From a virus (Duplodnaviria > Heunggongvirae > Uroviricota > Caudoviricetes): a DNA stretch of 33,213 nt. This document shows, one piece after another, positions 24,577 to 33,213 of the stretch (positions are counted from its first letter, which is position 1; the number at the start of each line of letters is the position of its first letter). The notes under the pieces are model-generated. The model was not told the origin of the DNA, ran no database searches, and saw nothing but the letters and a program-made list of their open reading frames with translations. Where the stretch lies: positions 1 through 33,213 of the IMG/VR virus record IMGVR_UViG_3300028048_000100; one strand, given 5' to 3'. A program made the position numbers and the translations under genes.

Positions 24577-25079
24577 TTGCGTTGCTTGTCATTTTGCCAC
24601 TGACCCTGGTAGAGGTTACCCACCGGCTCAGATTCGAAGATCATAGTTTGAGCAATGCGAGCACCGCGCTCGATAACGATTGGATACAACACTTGCATGA
24701 AGAATCCCATCTGCTCAGTTTCAAAACCCGCATCGAATTGACCACAGTGGATGATAGCGCCATTACGGACGAGTGAGCTACGAGAGATGAAACGCATAGC
24801 AGCGTTATTCGGCATCTTGCACCCCTCTTTAACGATTACTTCATAGTAACCGGGTTGCAGCGTCCATGCTTCCGTGCCATTTTCACTTTCTTGTGGAGCC
24901 ACCTCGTAGCGATTACGCAAGATAGTCTTGCCTTTTGCCGGAACGAAACCATGTTTACCGAATTGATCAAATACGATGATCTTATCCAGGCGTACGTCGA
25001 TACCCTGCTGCTGTACTCCTTCTTCGCTGAAGTTCGTGATAATGCCACGTTCAACGATTTGTTTTCCTGTTAATTGCAT
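24573..25079 (-). CDS. dut: Trimeric dUTPase / dCTP deaminase family enzyme (probably dUTPase)
   Basis: QQGIDVRL, LQPGYYEV, SRSSLVRNG, GQFDAGF, RGARIAQ, YQGQWQ; lacks the TLE glutamate of dCTP deaminases. Confidence 0.8.
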   Translation of the reverse strand: MQLTGKQIVERGIITNFSEEGVQQQGIDVRLDKIIVFDQFGKHGFVPAKGKTILRNRYEVAPQESENGTEAWTLQPGYYEVIVKEGCKMPNNAAMRFISRSSLVRNGAIIHCGQFDAGFETEQMGFFMQVLYPIVIERGARIAQTMIFESEPVGNLYQGQWQNDKQRK

Positions 25080-25082
25080 AGT

Positions 25083-25367
25083 TTACTTTTGTAGTTTAGT
25101 TAATATATCTGTTTCTACTTCTTTTTTAAATTCCGTGCGCAGCCAGCCCAATAGGTTCGTCTTTATCCACCCGATGACAAACGCCACGACTTTGTTGTCC
25201 TGTTCATCCACGTATTCTTGGATGGCTTGAAGAGTTTTCTCTTGCTTCTTCTGCTCCTCGGTCTTCTCTGGTGCTTTGAAAAGAGGAATGATCTTCTGCT
25301 CTTGACCCTCTACGAGTACCGGAGCAGAAGATTTACCCTGCGAACTGTCTAGCCTGGTATAGTTCAC
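25083..25367 (-). CDS. Hypothetical protein
   Basis: 94 aa, coupled. Confidence 0.7.
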   Translation of the reverse strand: MNYTRLDSSQGKSSAPVLVEGQEQKIIPLFKAPEKTEEQKKQEKTLQAIQEYVDEQDNKVVAFVIGWIKTNLLGWLRTEFKKEVETDILTKLQK

Positions 25368-25756
25368 GCCGGATCCCCCTGTTCTTGTTTGATGCCATTC
25401 TGGGCTTCGGCCTGAGCGCGTTCGTGCTCAGATACGATACGATCAAACTCCTGCGCTTTAGCCACCAGCTGTCCAAACTCAAGTAGAGTTACAGTGCTGT
25501 ATGTATACAGGATAGATGCACACTCGTTAAGATTAGCGTCATACTCCTGCTCGGCCATAGAGGTTCCATTGAGGCGCTTGATGGCCTCTTCTGCAATCTG
25601 ATCGAACAACTTAGCCTTAACCTGCTCACTTGGGTACATGGCTATGAACTTAGCCTTGATGTCCTTTAGGAGAACACCCTCAGTAACGACACGAGTAGTG
25701 TCGAACAATTCGCCTTCTTTGCGATAGCGTACGATAAATGCTGCGTTAGTTTTCAT
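25364..25756 (-). CDS. Hypothetical protein
   Basis: 130 aa. Confidence 0.75.
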   Translation of the reverse strand: MKTNAAFIVRYRKEGELFDTTRVVTEGVLLKDIKAKFIAMYPSEQVKAKLFDQIAEEAIKRLNGTSMAEQEYDANLNECASILYTYSTVTLLEFGQLVAKAQEFDRIVSEHERAQAEAQNGIKQEQGDPA

Positions 25757-25801
25757 GTTTCAATTTTGTTTGATTTAAAATATGTAAAACATGCACGATT
25801 T

Positions 25802-26662
25802 TTAGTCATACATGTCTCTAAATTTGATCACATTGAGTGAAATTTGATTCTTGATAGACTCCGGCAAATCCTCTTTAAAGAAATCATCGATGATAGTATT
25901 CGGTTTGCCAAACTCTTCAAACATAGCCAAGCCCTTCACACCTAATTTTACCGGGTAGCCCGTATCCATACTACTGATGCCGCTATTCGGGTTGCGTGGA
26001 GCTACATAGAAAATCTTTTCAAGTGGACAGTGGGACCCAAGCAGGTGAACATAGGAGAACATATTGTTAATGAACGCCTGGTTCTTGAGAATGAAGTCGA
26101 CACGTCCTGCTGCATAATCCACATCTTCAGATAACATGAAGTCTGAATCAAATCCATACTTAGCGTAGAATGTATTCAGAATGCTACTCTGATAATCGCG
26201 GTCTTTAAACGCTTTCAAATGGAATGGGATGCAGATGCTGTTAATGCCCATTTTCTTATACTCGCGCATGCAATCCAGCAATTCGCGCTCATTCTTACCC
26301 TGAACAACAGCCATCGGATGAATGTCGCGGTTCTGAATTGGATACTTGATTAAAAACTCTCGAACTCCTTTGAGCGTCTGGGCTTTGTTACCAAGAATAT
26401 CCGGTAGGATATAGTAGGTTGGTCTCAATGCTTCAACGTATTTAGCATACTCTGCTAAATCTAACGTTTCTCCCTTAACGAAAAACTCATAACCTGAGTT
26501 GTCGAGGATCATGATGCGATCCGGACGATTCTCGCGAAGGCCAAACGCCCAATCATGATACTCTTTGCTCTCTTTGAGAAGATGGAACAGTACGAGTTCG
26601 AATTGATTGATATACACGCTTTCCTTGAGCATGCATAATGGTAATTCGCAATTGGTTTTCAT
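25802..26662 (-). CDS. dpdA: tRNA-guanine transglycosylase-fold protein, DpdA-like (7-deazaguanine DNA insertion)
   Basis: ILDNSGYE (D54), LPD, VVQG, HLLG and SMDTGYP (D233) match the TGT catalytic framework; lacks the C-terminal Zn domain of tRNA TGTs; lies next to PolB. Confidence 0.7.
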   Translation of the reverse strand: MKTNCELPLCMLKESVYINQFELVLFHLLKESKEYHDWAFGLRENRPDRIMILDNSGYEFFVKGETLDLAEYAKYVEALRPTYYILPDILGNKAQTLKGVREFLIKYPIQNRDIHPMAVVQGKNERELLDCMREYKKMGINSICIPFHLKAFKDRDYQSSILNTFYAKYGFDSDFMLSEDVDYAAGRVDFILKNQAFINNMFSYVHLLGSHCPLEKIFYVAPRNPNSGISSMDTGYPVKLGVKGLAMFEEFGKPNTIIDDFFKEDLPESIKNQISLNVIKFRDMYD

Positions 26663-26675
26663 ACTATAAATATAT

Positions 26676-29627
26676 TTAAAATAGTGACACTTGTAAGCTA
26701 CCGTCTCTACTTAACAGTGGCATTTTGTTGGCTTCTAATATGCGGTTGATCGGATCCAATACCGTTTGTTGGAACATAGTAGCACGATCAATCGGGGCAT
26801 ATTGTTGAGACCACTTTGGAAGGTTAGCTGCTTGATATGCAAAGTATCGTGTCTGTGCCTTCTTGTCTTTCACGGATTCCTTGATGATATACCACTTGAC
26901 TAAACCACCATATATTGGTTCACCCATCAGTGAGTGATAGTTGCGAATCTGGTTGTATGTAGCCAAGGCGCGTACGTTCCAAGGTATAGTGCGAAGTGGT
27001 TCGTTGGTTTTTGGATCAAATACGTTATAAATCGGACAATTCCCTGTATCGTCTTTGACACACTTGGAGTACCCATTGACCTTGATAGATCCACTAATCT
27101 TTTCAATATCCGCAGTTTCCCATAGATCACGCTTCTTCATCATTTCAATATTGAGCTTCTGAATAAGCATCGGATCACCGGCGTTACTTAGCATGAAGTG
27201 GAATAGGTCACCAAGGATCTTACGACTTAGTTTTGGGAAGGATGCTTTTACAACCTCGAGACCTTTGACTTTTAGTTTGAGGTTGTCCAAATCAAAGTAA
27301 TCCCCTTCTTTCCACAACAGGATCTGTGCATAACGTTTTTTCACATCGCCCCACACACCTGCTCGGTTAAGAGTCTCTAACTCGAAGTTATGAACAGACT
27401 TGCCAAAACGAGTGTCATAGTAGTTGGCTATGTACTCTCTATTGTGAGCATCCATAAACTTAGTATTGATGCCTACGATAATGTCTCGTTTCTGGGCTAC
27501 TGAGAGGTCTTCGTATCCTTTGATAGACTTGAGCAGTTGATTGTATGAGATATATAAGCTATCAGTATCACCATATACTACTGTAACGAAACTGCGTTTG
27601 TGATATGCATCCGGGTCCTGCTCGGCTGTGATTAAAGTAGCGTCTTCCAATGCCTGTTTAGCCTGATCTGGATCTACTTCAATACCCAACTTAGCGTGCA
27701 AGTCAGTACTTTCTACCCAATGCTCTCGATACCACTCTGGGATATGCTGCTCCATCTTATGGATAAGATTGCGAGACTCACCAGTGATATCGTTAGCCAA
27801 TGCCATATTGAACCAGTAGAAACTCTGGTGCGACGATCCGCCATACATCGAGTTCATCAACAACTTCATGGCTTGCTCGTGGCACGAATAATACGTAATC
27901 TCTTTTTCGAGCTCGTGTTTGAACGCCTTGAGCTCGTCGAATGAGTATTTGTAGAGATCGTCTGTAGATGCTGCATCGAGACCTACCTTCAGGATGGCCT
28001 CCTGCATCTCTTTGTCATAATCACGATGCTCGAGCTTGGTACCGTTCAAGTAGTGAGTAATATCCCACACGACAGTAGCCTCCATGCGCTTACCCAAATA
28101 CTTGCTAAAGTCACGATTAGACTTCAACTTAGCCTGAATACGGCGGAATGAGTAGTCCTTATCATTGCGATATACAGATCCGTTGACTGATACGAAATAG
28201 TTGGGGTCATGACGGAAACGCTCCAAGTACTCGTCATTCAAGAAGGTGCCAATCAATCGTCCAAGCTCCGGTTTCTTAGCTGTACCGGCGTTGTGGAATA
28301 CATTAGGACCGATAACGATATACGAAGTGTTATTCTGGTACGGTTTGAGCTTCTCATCGTCATAATACGAGCCGATATAGTTCTCGAATGATAAGTTGCA
28401 GGTGCGGATAGTAGACGGATATAGAGACGCGAAGTCATTACAGCACACATACTCCCATAGACCGGGAATGGGTATCTTAACATATGCGCCAATAAGTCGT
28501 CCGCGCTCCGGATTCTCATTCGGCTCATATACAATCTTCATATCACGCTCGTAGAAATCCTGGAATACCAGAGACTCCGTTACTGCGATTTTACTGAAAC
28601 ACTTGCCAATCTTTTCTTCACAGTATAGTGAATACATATAGATGTGGTCTAGTGTTTTGAATCGATAGTTGATAAGCTGAACAAGGATACTATCGATAGC
28701 GTTGTAGTAAACGTATCGTGGATAGTCATTGTTATAGAGATCCTGCAAACGACCATTATACTCAATCTTATTGATACCCATGGACTCATTGGCTATGTAA
28801 TCCAAGCTCAATGACTCTTTGATGGGCATTACGACCTTATCCTCATCCTTGATAACCTGCATCATATCGATGATCAGGGTGTGTTGAGGCATAGGCAACG
28901 TAATCTTGTTATCACGGATATCTGTGTATGTCTTCATCTCCATCTCGCCAGTGCAAGAGCAAGATTTTAATGAGATGTATGGGAAGTAATTCTTAATACG
29001 GTTGACGATATATTGCCAGTCGAAGAAGATACAGTTCCAACCAGTCAGGATCGGCGCTTTCGCTACTATGTTTTTCAAGAAGAAGTTGAGCATATCCTGC
29101 TCGTTCTTGAACTTCATGTACTTAAATGCCGGCTTATTCTGAAGCTTCAGCTCTTTGAAGAAATCCGTATTATCTAAGTAGCTATCAAACTGGTCACTAA
29201 CCCACTGCTGCTCGTCTTGGGTTAAGTCCCTCGTCGACAATACAATACAGTTCAGTTCCGGCGATACTATAGATATGGTAGTAATCGGGAATTTACCTTG
29301 TGCTGGATCTGGGAACTCATCATCTTCCGGAACCCAGGTCTCAATATCGAATGTATATACTTTGGGGAATGTTTTACCTTGAAGAAGGTGCTTGTGTGCA
29401 TCACCCAACTGCTTGAAGTAATACTTGAGGTCGAACTTACTTGGTTTTTCAGTCCAACACGCATCACATCTCGCTCCATCCCATGTCATGAATGGTCCAG
29501 TTGGTGTTTTATAGAATGTGCGGAAACGGTTGACGTTGAATTGCAACAGCTTCTTTGCTCCGATCTTATCTATATAAGATACATCCAGGCGTCGCTGTCT
29601 CTTGTCGTAGTTATAGTCTAATATCAT
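26676..29627 (-). CDS. DNA polymerase family B (T4 gp43-like)
   Basis: Exo I FDIET, Exo II GWNCIFFD, Exo III YNAID; motif A DFASLYPS, B KLLMNSMYG, C YGDTDS. Confidence 0.97.
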   Translation of the reverse strand: MILDYNYDKRQRRLDVSYIDKIGAKKLLQFNVNRFRTFYKTPTGPFMTWDGARCDACWTEKPSKFDLKYYFKQLGDAHKHLLQGKTFPKVYTFDIETWVPEDDEFPDPAQGKFPITTISIVSPELNCIVLSTRDLTQDEQQWVSDQFDSYLDNTDFFKELKLQNKPAFKYMKFKNEQDMLNFFLKNIVAKAPILTGWNCIFFDWQYIVNRIKNYFPYISLKSCSCTGEMEMKTYTDIRDNKITLPMPQHTLIIDMMQVIKDEDKVVMPIKESLSLDYIANESMGINKIEYNGRLQDLYNNDYPRYVYYNAIDSILVQLINYRFKTLDHIYMYSLYCEEKIGKCFSKIAVTESLVFQDFYERDMKIVYEPNENPERGRLIGAYVKIPIPGLWEYVCCNDFASLYPSTIRTCNLSFENYIGSYYDDEKLKPYQNNTSYIVIGPNVFHNAGTAKKPELGRLIGTFLNDEYLERFRHDPNYFVSVNGSVYRNDKDYSFRRIQAKLKSNRDFSKYLGKRMEATVVWDITHYLNGTKLEHRDYDKEMQEAILKVGLDAASTDDLYKYSFDELKAFKHELEKEITYYSCHEQAMKLLMNSMYGGSSHQSFYWFNMALANDITGESRNLIHKMEQHIPEWYREHWVESTDLHAKLGIEVDPDQAKQALEDATLITAEQDPDAYHKRSFVTVVYGDTDSLYISYNQLLKSIKGYEDLSVAQKRDIIVGINTKFMDAHNREYIANYYDTRFGKSVHNFELETLNRAGVWGDVKKRYAQILLWKEGDYFDLDNLKLKVKGLEVVKASFPKLSRKILGDLFHFMLSNAGDPMLIQKLNIEMMKKRDLWETADIEKISGSIKVNGYSKCVKDDTGNCPIYNVFDPKTNEPLRTIPWNVRALATYNQIRNYHSLMGEPIYGGLVKWYIIKESVKDKKAQTRYFAYQAANLPKWSQQYAPIDRATMFQQTVLDPINRILEANKMPLLSRDGSLQVSLF

Positions 29628-29686
29628 AAGTTATGCGTTCTTTCGCTGTGGTTGATCTGCCCAGTATTTGGGGCTCGGGTTAAACA
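29624..29686 (-). promoter_or_regulatory. PolB leader: 20-codon uORF with ATGA overlap plus hairpin
   Basis: MFNPSPNTGQINHSERTHNL*; hairpin GCCCA-AATAC-TGGGC at 29659-29673. Confidence 0.4.
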
Positions 29687-29740
29687 TAATTTTAGTTAAT
29701 TTAATATATAAAAATTGGGTTTGAACTTTATTATTTATAC

Positions 29741-31285
29741 ATGGAGTATACTAACATTAACATACTGGATGGTGATAGACGTTTTCGTTATATAATTGAA
29801 TATGTCAACAACGCAGAAAGCAATGTCTCGGACAACCTCTGCTATGTTATCGGTGACGAACACGTCATTAACGACAAACTCAGATGTGATATGTTCCAGA
29901 CTGGTTTAGAGCGATTCCGTCGTTTCAATAACTATTGGGAGAAGTATGATGGAGAAGTTATTGATGTGAATACTCAAGACAATTACCTGCCAGAGCATTA
30001 CAACCTTAGCTCAGTTAATATATACTTCCCAGATAGCTCAGTAGAGACATACGACAACAATAATTTGTACATGCTCGCTGTTAATACCTGGGTCCACGGT
30101 CATATTGTATATCTCGGTACTTATTTATTGGATCGTCGCAATGCATTAGCATGTAAACGTGAAACGAAATTCATAAATCGTCAGTATCATGAGTACATCA
30201 ATGTGAAATTTTTGGACCCTTGGCATCTAATATATTCAGATGAGTGGAAGGAATTTAGGCAGCATGTGTGTGGAGAAACTACTATAGATGACCATGAGCA
30301 AAACAACACAGGTTCAGTTCTTAACTTCACACTATATCCAGTTGTTGAAAACACAGAGGGGCAGTACGTCAAATTAGACCCATATATTGGAGGCCAAAAC
30401 GCTATAAACATTGCAGACAGTATTAGTGATTATATTGGGTGCGACATTGCAATAGCACCTCGTGAAGACGAGCTTCGTGTAGATGACAAAGAACTTTGCG
30501 TGCATGCTTCGGTTCATTTTAATAAGAGCTATCAAGAGGGTTCCAGCCAAGTGATTCAGGACCTCAATCAATACATGAAGGAAACATATGGTGTAGATGG
30601 TAGTTTCCACATCGATTACAGTTTAGTTGTGCTAGACAGTGATAACATCTATAAGATCATCACTAAGCATCGTGACTTATTGGATTGTACATTTACTCGA
30701 GAGGAAATTGCATTTGGTGACTGGGATGGATTTAAAGAGGGATTAAAGTTCTCATTGGATGTTAGTTTATACCAGGAGAACGATGGAGAGCGCGAGGATT
30801 ATATGATACTCCACTCTAACCAAATAAGCATCACACAGGATGTCATGAAGTACTTCATCGACACTAACAAAATTGAAATCATACCAAAGACTATAAATCT
30901 AGACTTAGTAGATATGAACAACTATACGATAAATGCAGTCAACAAGGTTGAGAAGAAAATCATACAGGTAGATCGTCCGGATGACAACAAGGCGAACTTG
31001 ATTAAACCTGCATATTTCCGTGCTCGTGAATTAAAAGAGCTAACCATACATCCAGCTGTAACGGAGAACATCTGCTTGAATCTGGATGCATATAAAGCAC
31101 GTACTACACGTTTCTATCTCCAAATTGAAGGAGCCACTTTCGCAGAGTATTCCAGAATCCCATCTGGAGTAATATTCAAAGTAGTTGGTGCTAACCTCCC
31201 AGGCGAAACAGGAGAAGGAGTATGCTACTTACTCAACCAAGACAAAGAGTTGATTACAACTGGTAAATACAAATACGAATCATGA
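29741..31285 (+). CDS. Hypothetical protein (514 aa), probably virion/baseplate-associated
   Basis: Acidic and Asn-rich; translationally coupled to gp25-like and gp6-like genes. Confidence 0.75.
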   Translation: MEYTNINILDGDRRFRYIIEYVNNAESNVSDNLCYVIGDEHVINDKLRCDMFQTGLERFRRFNNYWEKYDGEVIDVNTQDNYLPEHYNLSSVNIYFPDSSVETYDNNNLYMLAVNTWVHGHIVYLGTYLLDRRNALACKRETKFINRQYHEYINVKFLDPWHLIYSDEWKEFRQHVCGETTIDDHEQNNTGSVLNFTLYPVVENTEGQYVKLDPYIGGQNAINIADSISDYIGCDIAIAPREDELRVDDKELCVHASVHFNKSYQEGSSQVIQDLNQYMKETYGVDGSFHIDYSLVVLDSDNIYKIITKHRDLLDCTFTREEIAFGDWDGFKEGLKFSLDVSLYQENDGEREDYMILHSNQISITQDVMKYFIDTNKIEIIPKTINLDLVDMNNYTINAVNKVEKKIIQVDRPDDNKANLIKPAYFRARELKELTIHPAVTENICLNLDAYKARTTRFYLQIEGATFAEYSRIPSGVIFKVVGANLPGETGEGVCYLLNQDKELITTGKYKYES

Positions 31286-31620
31286 TTGATTTCAGTTTAG
31301 CAGAAGGCAAGGCAACGATCAATAATGATATTGAACTGCTCAAGCAGCAGATTGATATCTTATTTGATACCCGGGATATGGAGGTTCTCGGGTCATGTTA
31401 CTATGGTACTGATTACGAGACGTTCTTATATGACCTTAGTATGTCTGCACCTGCTATTGAAAGTGCAATACTAAACGATTTATACCAGTTAGAGACGTTT
31501 GGTTACAGCCCAAGCGTTCACGTCGATCTATTTGAAGGGACTGAAAATGACATCATACTAGTCAAAATAGATTTTGTTAAGGATTCAGACAATTACGAAT
31601 TTACATTTAAGATATCATGA
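31282..31620 (+). CDS. Baseplate wedge subunit, gp25/GPW-like
   Basis: IDILFDT..MEVLG...YGTD...FLY pattern (gp25: ILxTxxGER...xFGxxL); position upstream of gp6-like gene. Confidence 0.75.
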   Translation: MIDFSLAEGKATINNDIELLKQQIDILFDTRDMEVLGSCYYGTDYETFLYDLSMSAPAIESAILNDLYQLETFGYSPSVHVDLFEGTENDIILVKIDFVKDSDNYEFTFKIS

Positions 31621-33213
31621 AAATTTTCAGATTGTTAGATGCTCGTTATGCAAACTTCGTCACAGCGGTAAAGAATTATTTATCCAAGACGCTTACAGAT
31701 TACGAGACCTCATATAGCAACAGCTCTATCTTCGGCCAGCTGATCAATGTAGTTACTGCAGCCATCCAAAATAACCAATTGTATATTGAGGACGCGATGG
31801 TTGAGCAAAATAAGTATACTGCACAGCGTAAGAAATCTGTGTATTCTTTAGCACAGCTATCCGGATACAACCCATCACTCGGAAAAGCTGCAGGCGCGCA
31901 GATCAAGCTCACATACCAACCAAACAACGCACAAGAACTGAGCCTTATCGTTAACAACCATCAAAGGCTCACATGCACGCAGAATGGTATGACGTATAAT
32001 ATCATCCTCCCACAAGAAGCTATCGTGGTTAACCTGGACCGAGATAATAGTTCTAAATATCTCTATGTGGTAGAGGGTCATTTTGAAACTCAAACTTTCA
32101 TTTCTCGGGGTGGTCAGCTATATTCTATCAACGTGCCATTCTCTGGAGATGCAGATATTGACTACCTAACCGTCAAAGTAAACAATGAGGTGTGGGAACG
32201 AGTTGATAGCATATACGACATGAACGCGGATGGCAAACAGTTCATAGTTCGTACCTCACTGCATAAAGGATTCGACGTTATATTTGGTAATGAAGAGTTT
32301 GGTCGTGCGCTAAAAGAAGGTGACGATGTCGAAATCACTTACTTAGTGCATGATGGCGAACTTGGAAATATTGACTTGAATGTGGAGACATATTTCACTT
32401 TCGACGACATGCTGAAGGATATCTCAGGTGAAGAGGTAGACGGCAACTCAATATTCCAAGTGACTTTAGCAACACAAGACTATGCGACCTCTGGTACGAA
32501 CTCTGAAGACAAGGAGCTCGTCAAGCAGATGATCGGTTACAATACTCGTTCTTTGGTGCTATCCACACCGCAGTCATATAAGAACCTCATCAGTAAGTTC
32601 TCATTCTGCGGTTACAATCGTACTTGGTCTGAAGTGGGTAGTTTGGTGGTTAACTCACTAATCATTCGCAACTACAAACAGCAACTAAAAGATGGTAAGG
32701 ATTACTTCAATCTAGACGAGAGTGCATTCACACTATCATCAGCACAGAAGCAATCTATATACAACTTCATCAATAAGTCCAACAATCAATTGGCCGGTGT
32801 TGTATATAACATATACGACCCAATTCTTTGCAAATATGCTATGCATGTGTATGTAAAGCTTAAATCTGGCAACTTTGACCGTGATTATGTAAGCAATAAG
32901 ATTCGTGTGCTTGTTGGTGAGTTCTTCTCTGACGTGAATAATGATATGTTCATTCCAAAGTCTGACATAGTACATCTACTCAAGTCGAACATTGATGAGA
33001 TTGATAGTGTGAATGTGTACTTCCTGTCAGAGCGTAATGAGTCTGCTATGATTACCAGTCAGTATGTAGACGATCAGATTACATATGACATTGCAAATGG
33101 AACATACAAGCACAAAAAAGAAACTGTATATATCTTCGAGGGCGAGAATCCTAACTTAGGCCTAGACAACCACGGCAATATCCAGTTGGAGAACGACATG
33201 CAGTTCCCAGTAC
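31617..33213 (+). CDS. Baseplate wedge subunit, T4 gp6-like (3'-truncated; not in ORF track)
   Basis: Hand-translated as open from ATG 31617 to the window end (532 codons): SVYSLAQLSGYNP..G.AA, IFGNEEFG...EGDDVEITYLVHDGELGN, SGTNSED. Confidence 0.85.
   Translation, partial: MKIFRLLDARYANFVTAVKNYLSKTLTDYETSYSNSSIFGQLINVVTAAIQNNQLYIEDAMVEQNKYTAQRKKSVYSLAQLSGYNPSLGKAAGAQIKLTYQPNNAQELSLIVNNHQRLTCTQNGMTYNIILPQEAIVVNLDRDNSSKYLYVVEGHFETQTFISRGGQLYSINVPFSGDADIDYLTVKVNNEVWERVDSIYDMNADGKQFIVRTSLHKGFDVIFGNEEFGRALKEGDDVEITYLVHDGELGNIDLNVETYFTFDDMLKDISGEEVDGNSIFQVTLATQDYATSGTNSEDKELVKQMIGYNTRSLVLSTPQSYKNLISKFSFCGYNRTWSEVGSLVVNSLIIRNYKQQLKDGKDYFNLDESAFTLSSAQKQSIYNFINKSNNQLAGVVYNIYDPILCKYAMHVYVKLKSGNFDRDYVSNKIRVLVGEFFSDVNNDMFIPKSDIVHLLKSNIDEIDSVNVYFLSERNESAMITSQYVDDQITYDIANGTYKHKKETVYIFEGENPNLGLDNHGNIQLENDMQFPV

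Noticed and set aside
24573-25079. Bifunctional dCTP deaminase call
   Set aside because: The catalytic Glu of the (I)TLE motif appears absent (MGFFMQ at that position), so dUTPase is preferred. Not certain without an alignment.
2730-29621. Numerous plus-strand and alternate-frame ORFs in the track (e.g. 4625-4981, 6830-7273, 18734-19132, 20281-20670, 29298-29621)
   Set aside because: Antisense or frame shadows of well-packed minus-strand genes, with no motifs or start context
26676-29627. Intein or intron in PolB
   Set aside because: Single ORF of 983 aa. The extra sequence between motifs A and B lacks intein terminal motifs (C/S start, HN end) and LAGLIDADG motifs.
872-29739. TATAAATA (T4 late promoter) matches at 872-879 (+), 26665-26672 (+) and 29732-29739 (-)
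   Set aside because: One overlaps coding sequence, one is antisense, and one points at PolB; none precedes the structural genes in the right orientation. Likely AT-rich chance.
1-33213. TAG-to-Gln recoding (genetic code 15)
   Set aside because: PolB, RNA ligase, the 514-aa ORF and the gp6-like ORF are uninterrupted in code 11. Reading through the TAG at 17709 would run about 47 codons out of frame across the next gene.
1-33213. tRNA, rRNA or tmRNA genes
   Set aside because: No intergenic gap with a cloverleaf or T-loop consensus was seen; GTTCGA-like matches fall inside coding regions

Overview
Segment of a large T4-like (Tevenvirinae-related architecture) jumbo/mega-phage genome, probably infecting a Bacteroidetes host (A-rich, SD-poor start contexts; lipoprotein signal). 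It reads in the standard genetic code. Layout: a short plus-strand block ending in a gp47/Mre11-like nuclease (1-1916); a 27.6-kb minus-strand array (1997-29627) of about 60 mostly small accessory genes; then a plus-strand structural block (514-aa unknown, gp25-like, gp6-like baseplate wedge running off the window end). The minus-strand array includes thioredoxin, Nudix, YqeY, two stand-alone ABC ATPases, an RNA ligase, a DUF5662/HD-like protein, a prohead-protease paralog, thymidine kinase, a dUTPase/dCTP deaminase-family enzyme, a DpdA/TGT-like transglycosylase and family B DNA polymerase. Most notable observations: (i) an H-type pseudoknot directly after a TAA that is in frame between a 49-aa ORF and the RNA ligase; (ii) a six-copy promoter motif CTAAA-N16/18-YATWTAGAYAT, fused in three copies to an identical-arm terminator hairpin; (iii) a gp21-like protease with both catalytic His and Ser replaced; (iv) a DpdA-like gene just downstream of PolB; (v) a thymidine kinase lacking all four zinc ligands; (vi) a dispersed family of SH3/KOW-like modules. 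All protein calls come from motif recognition by eye; no database search was run.
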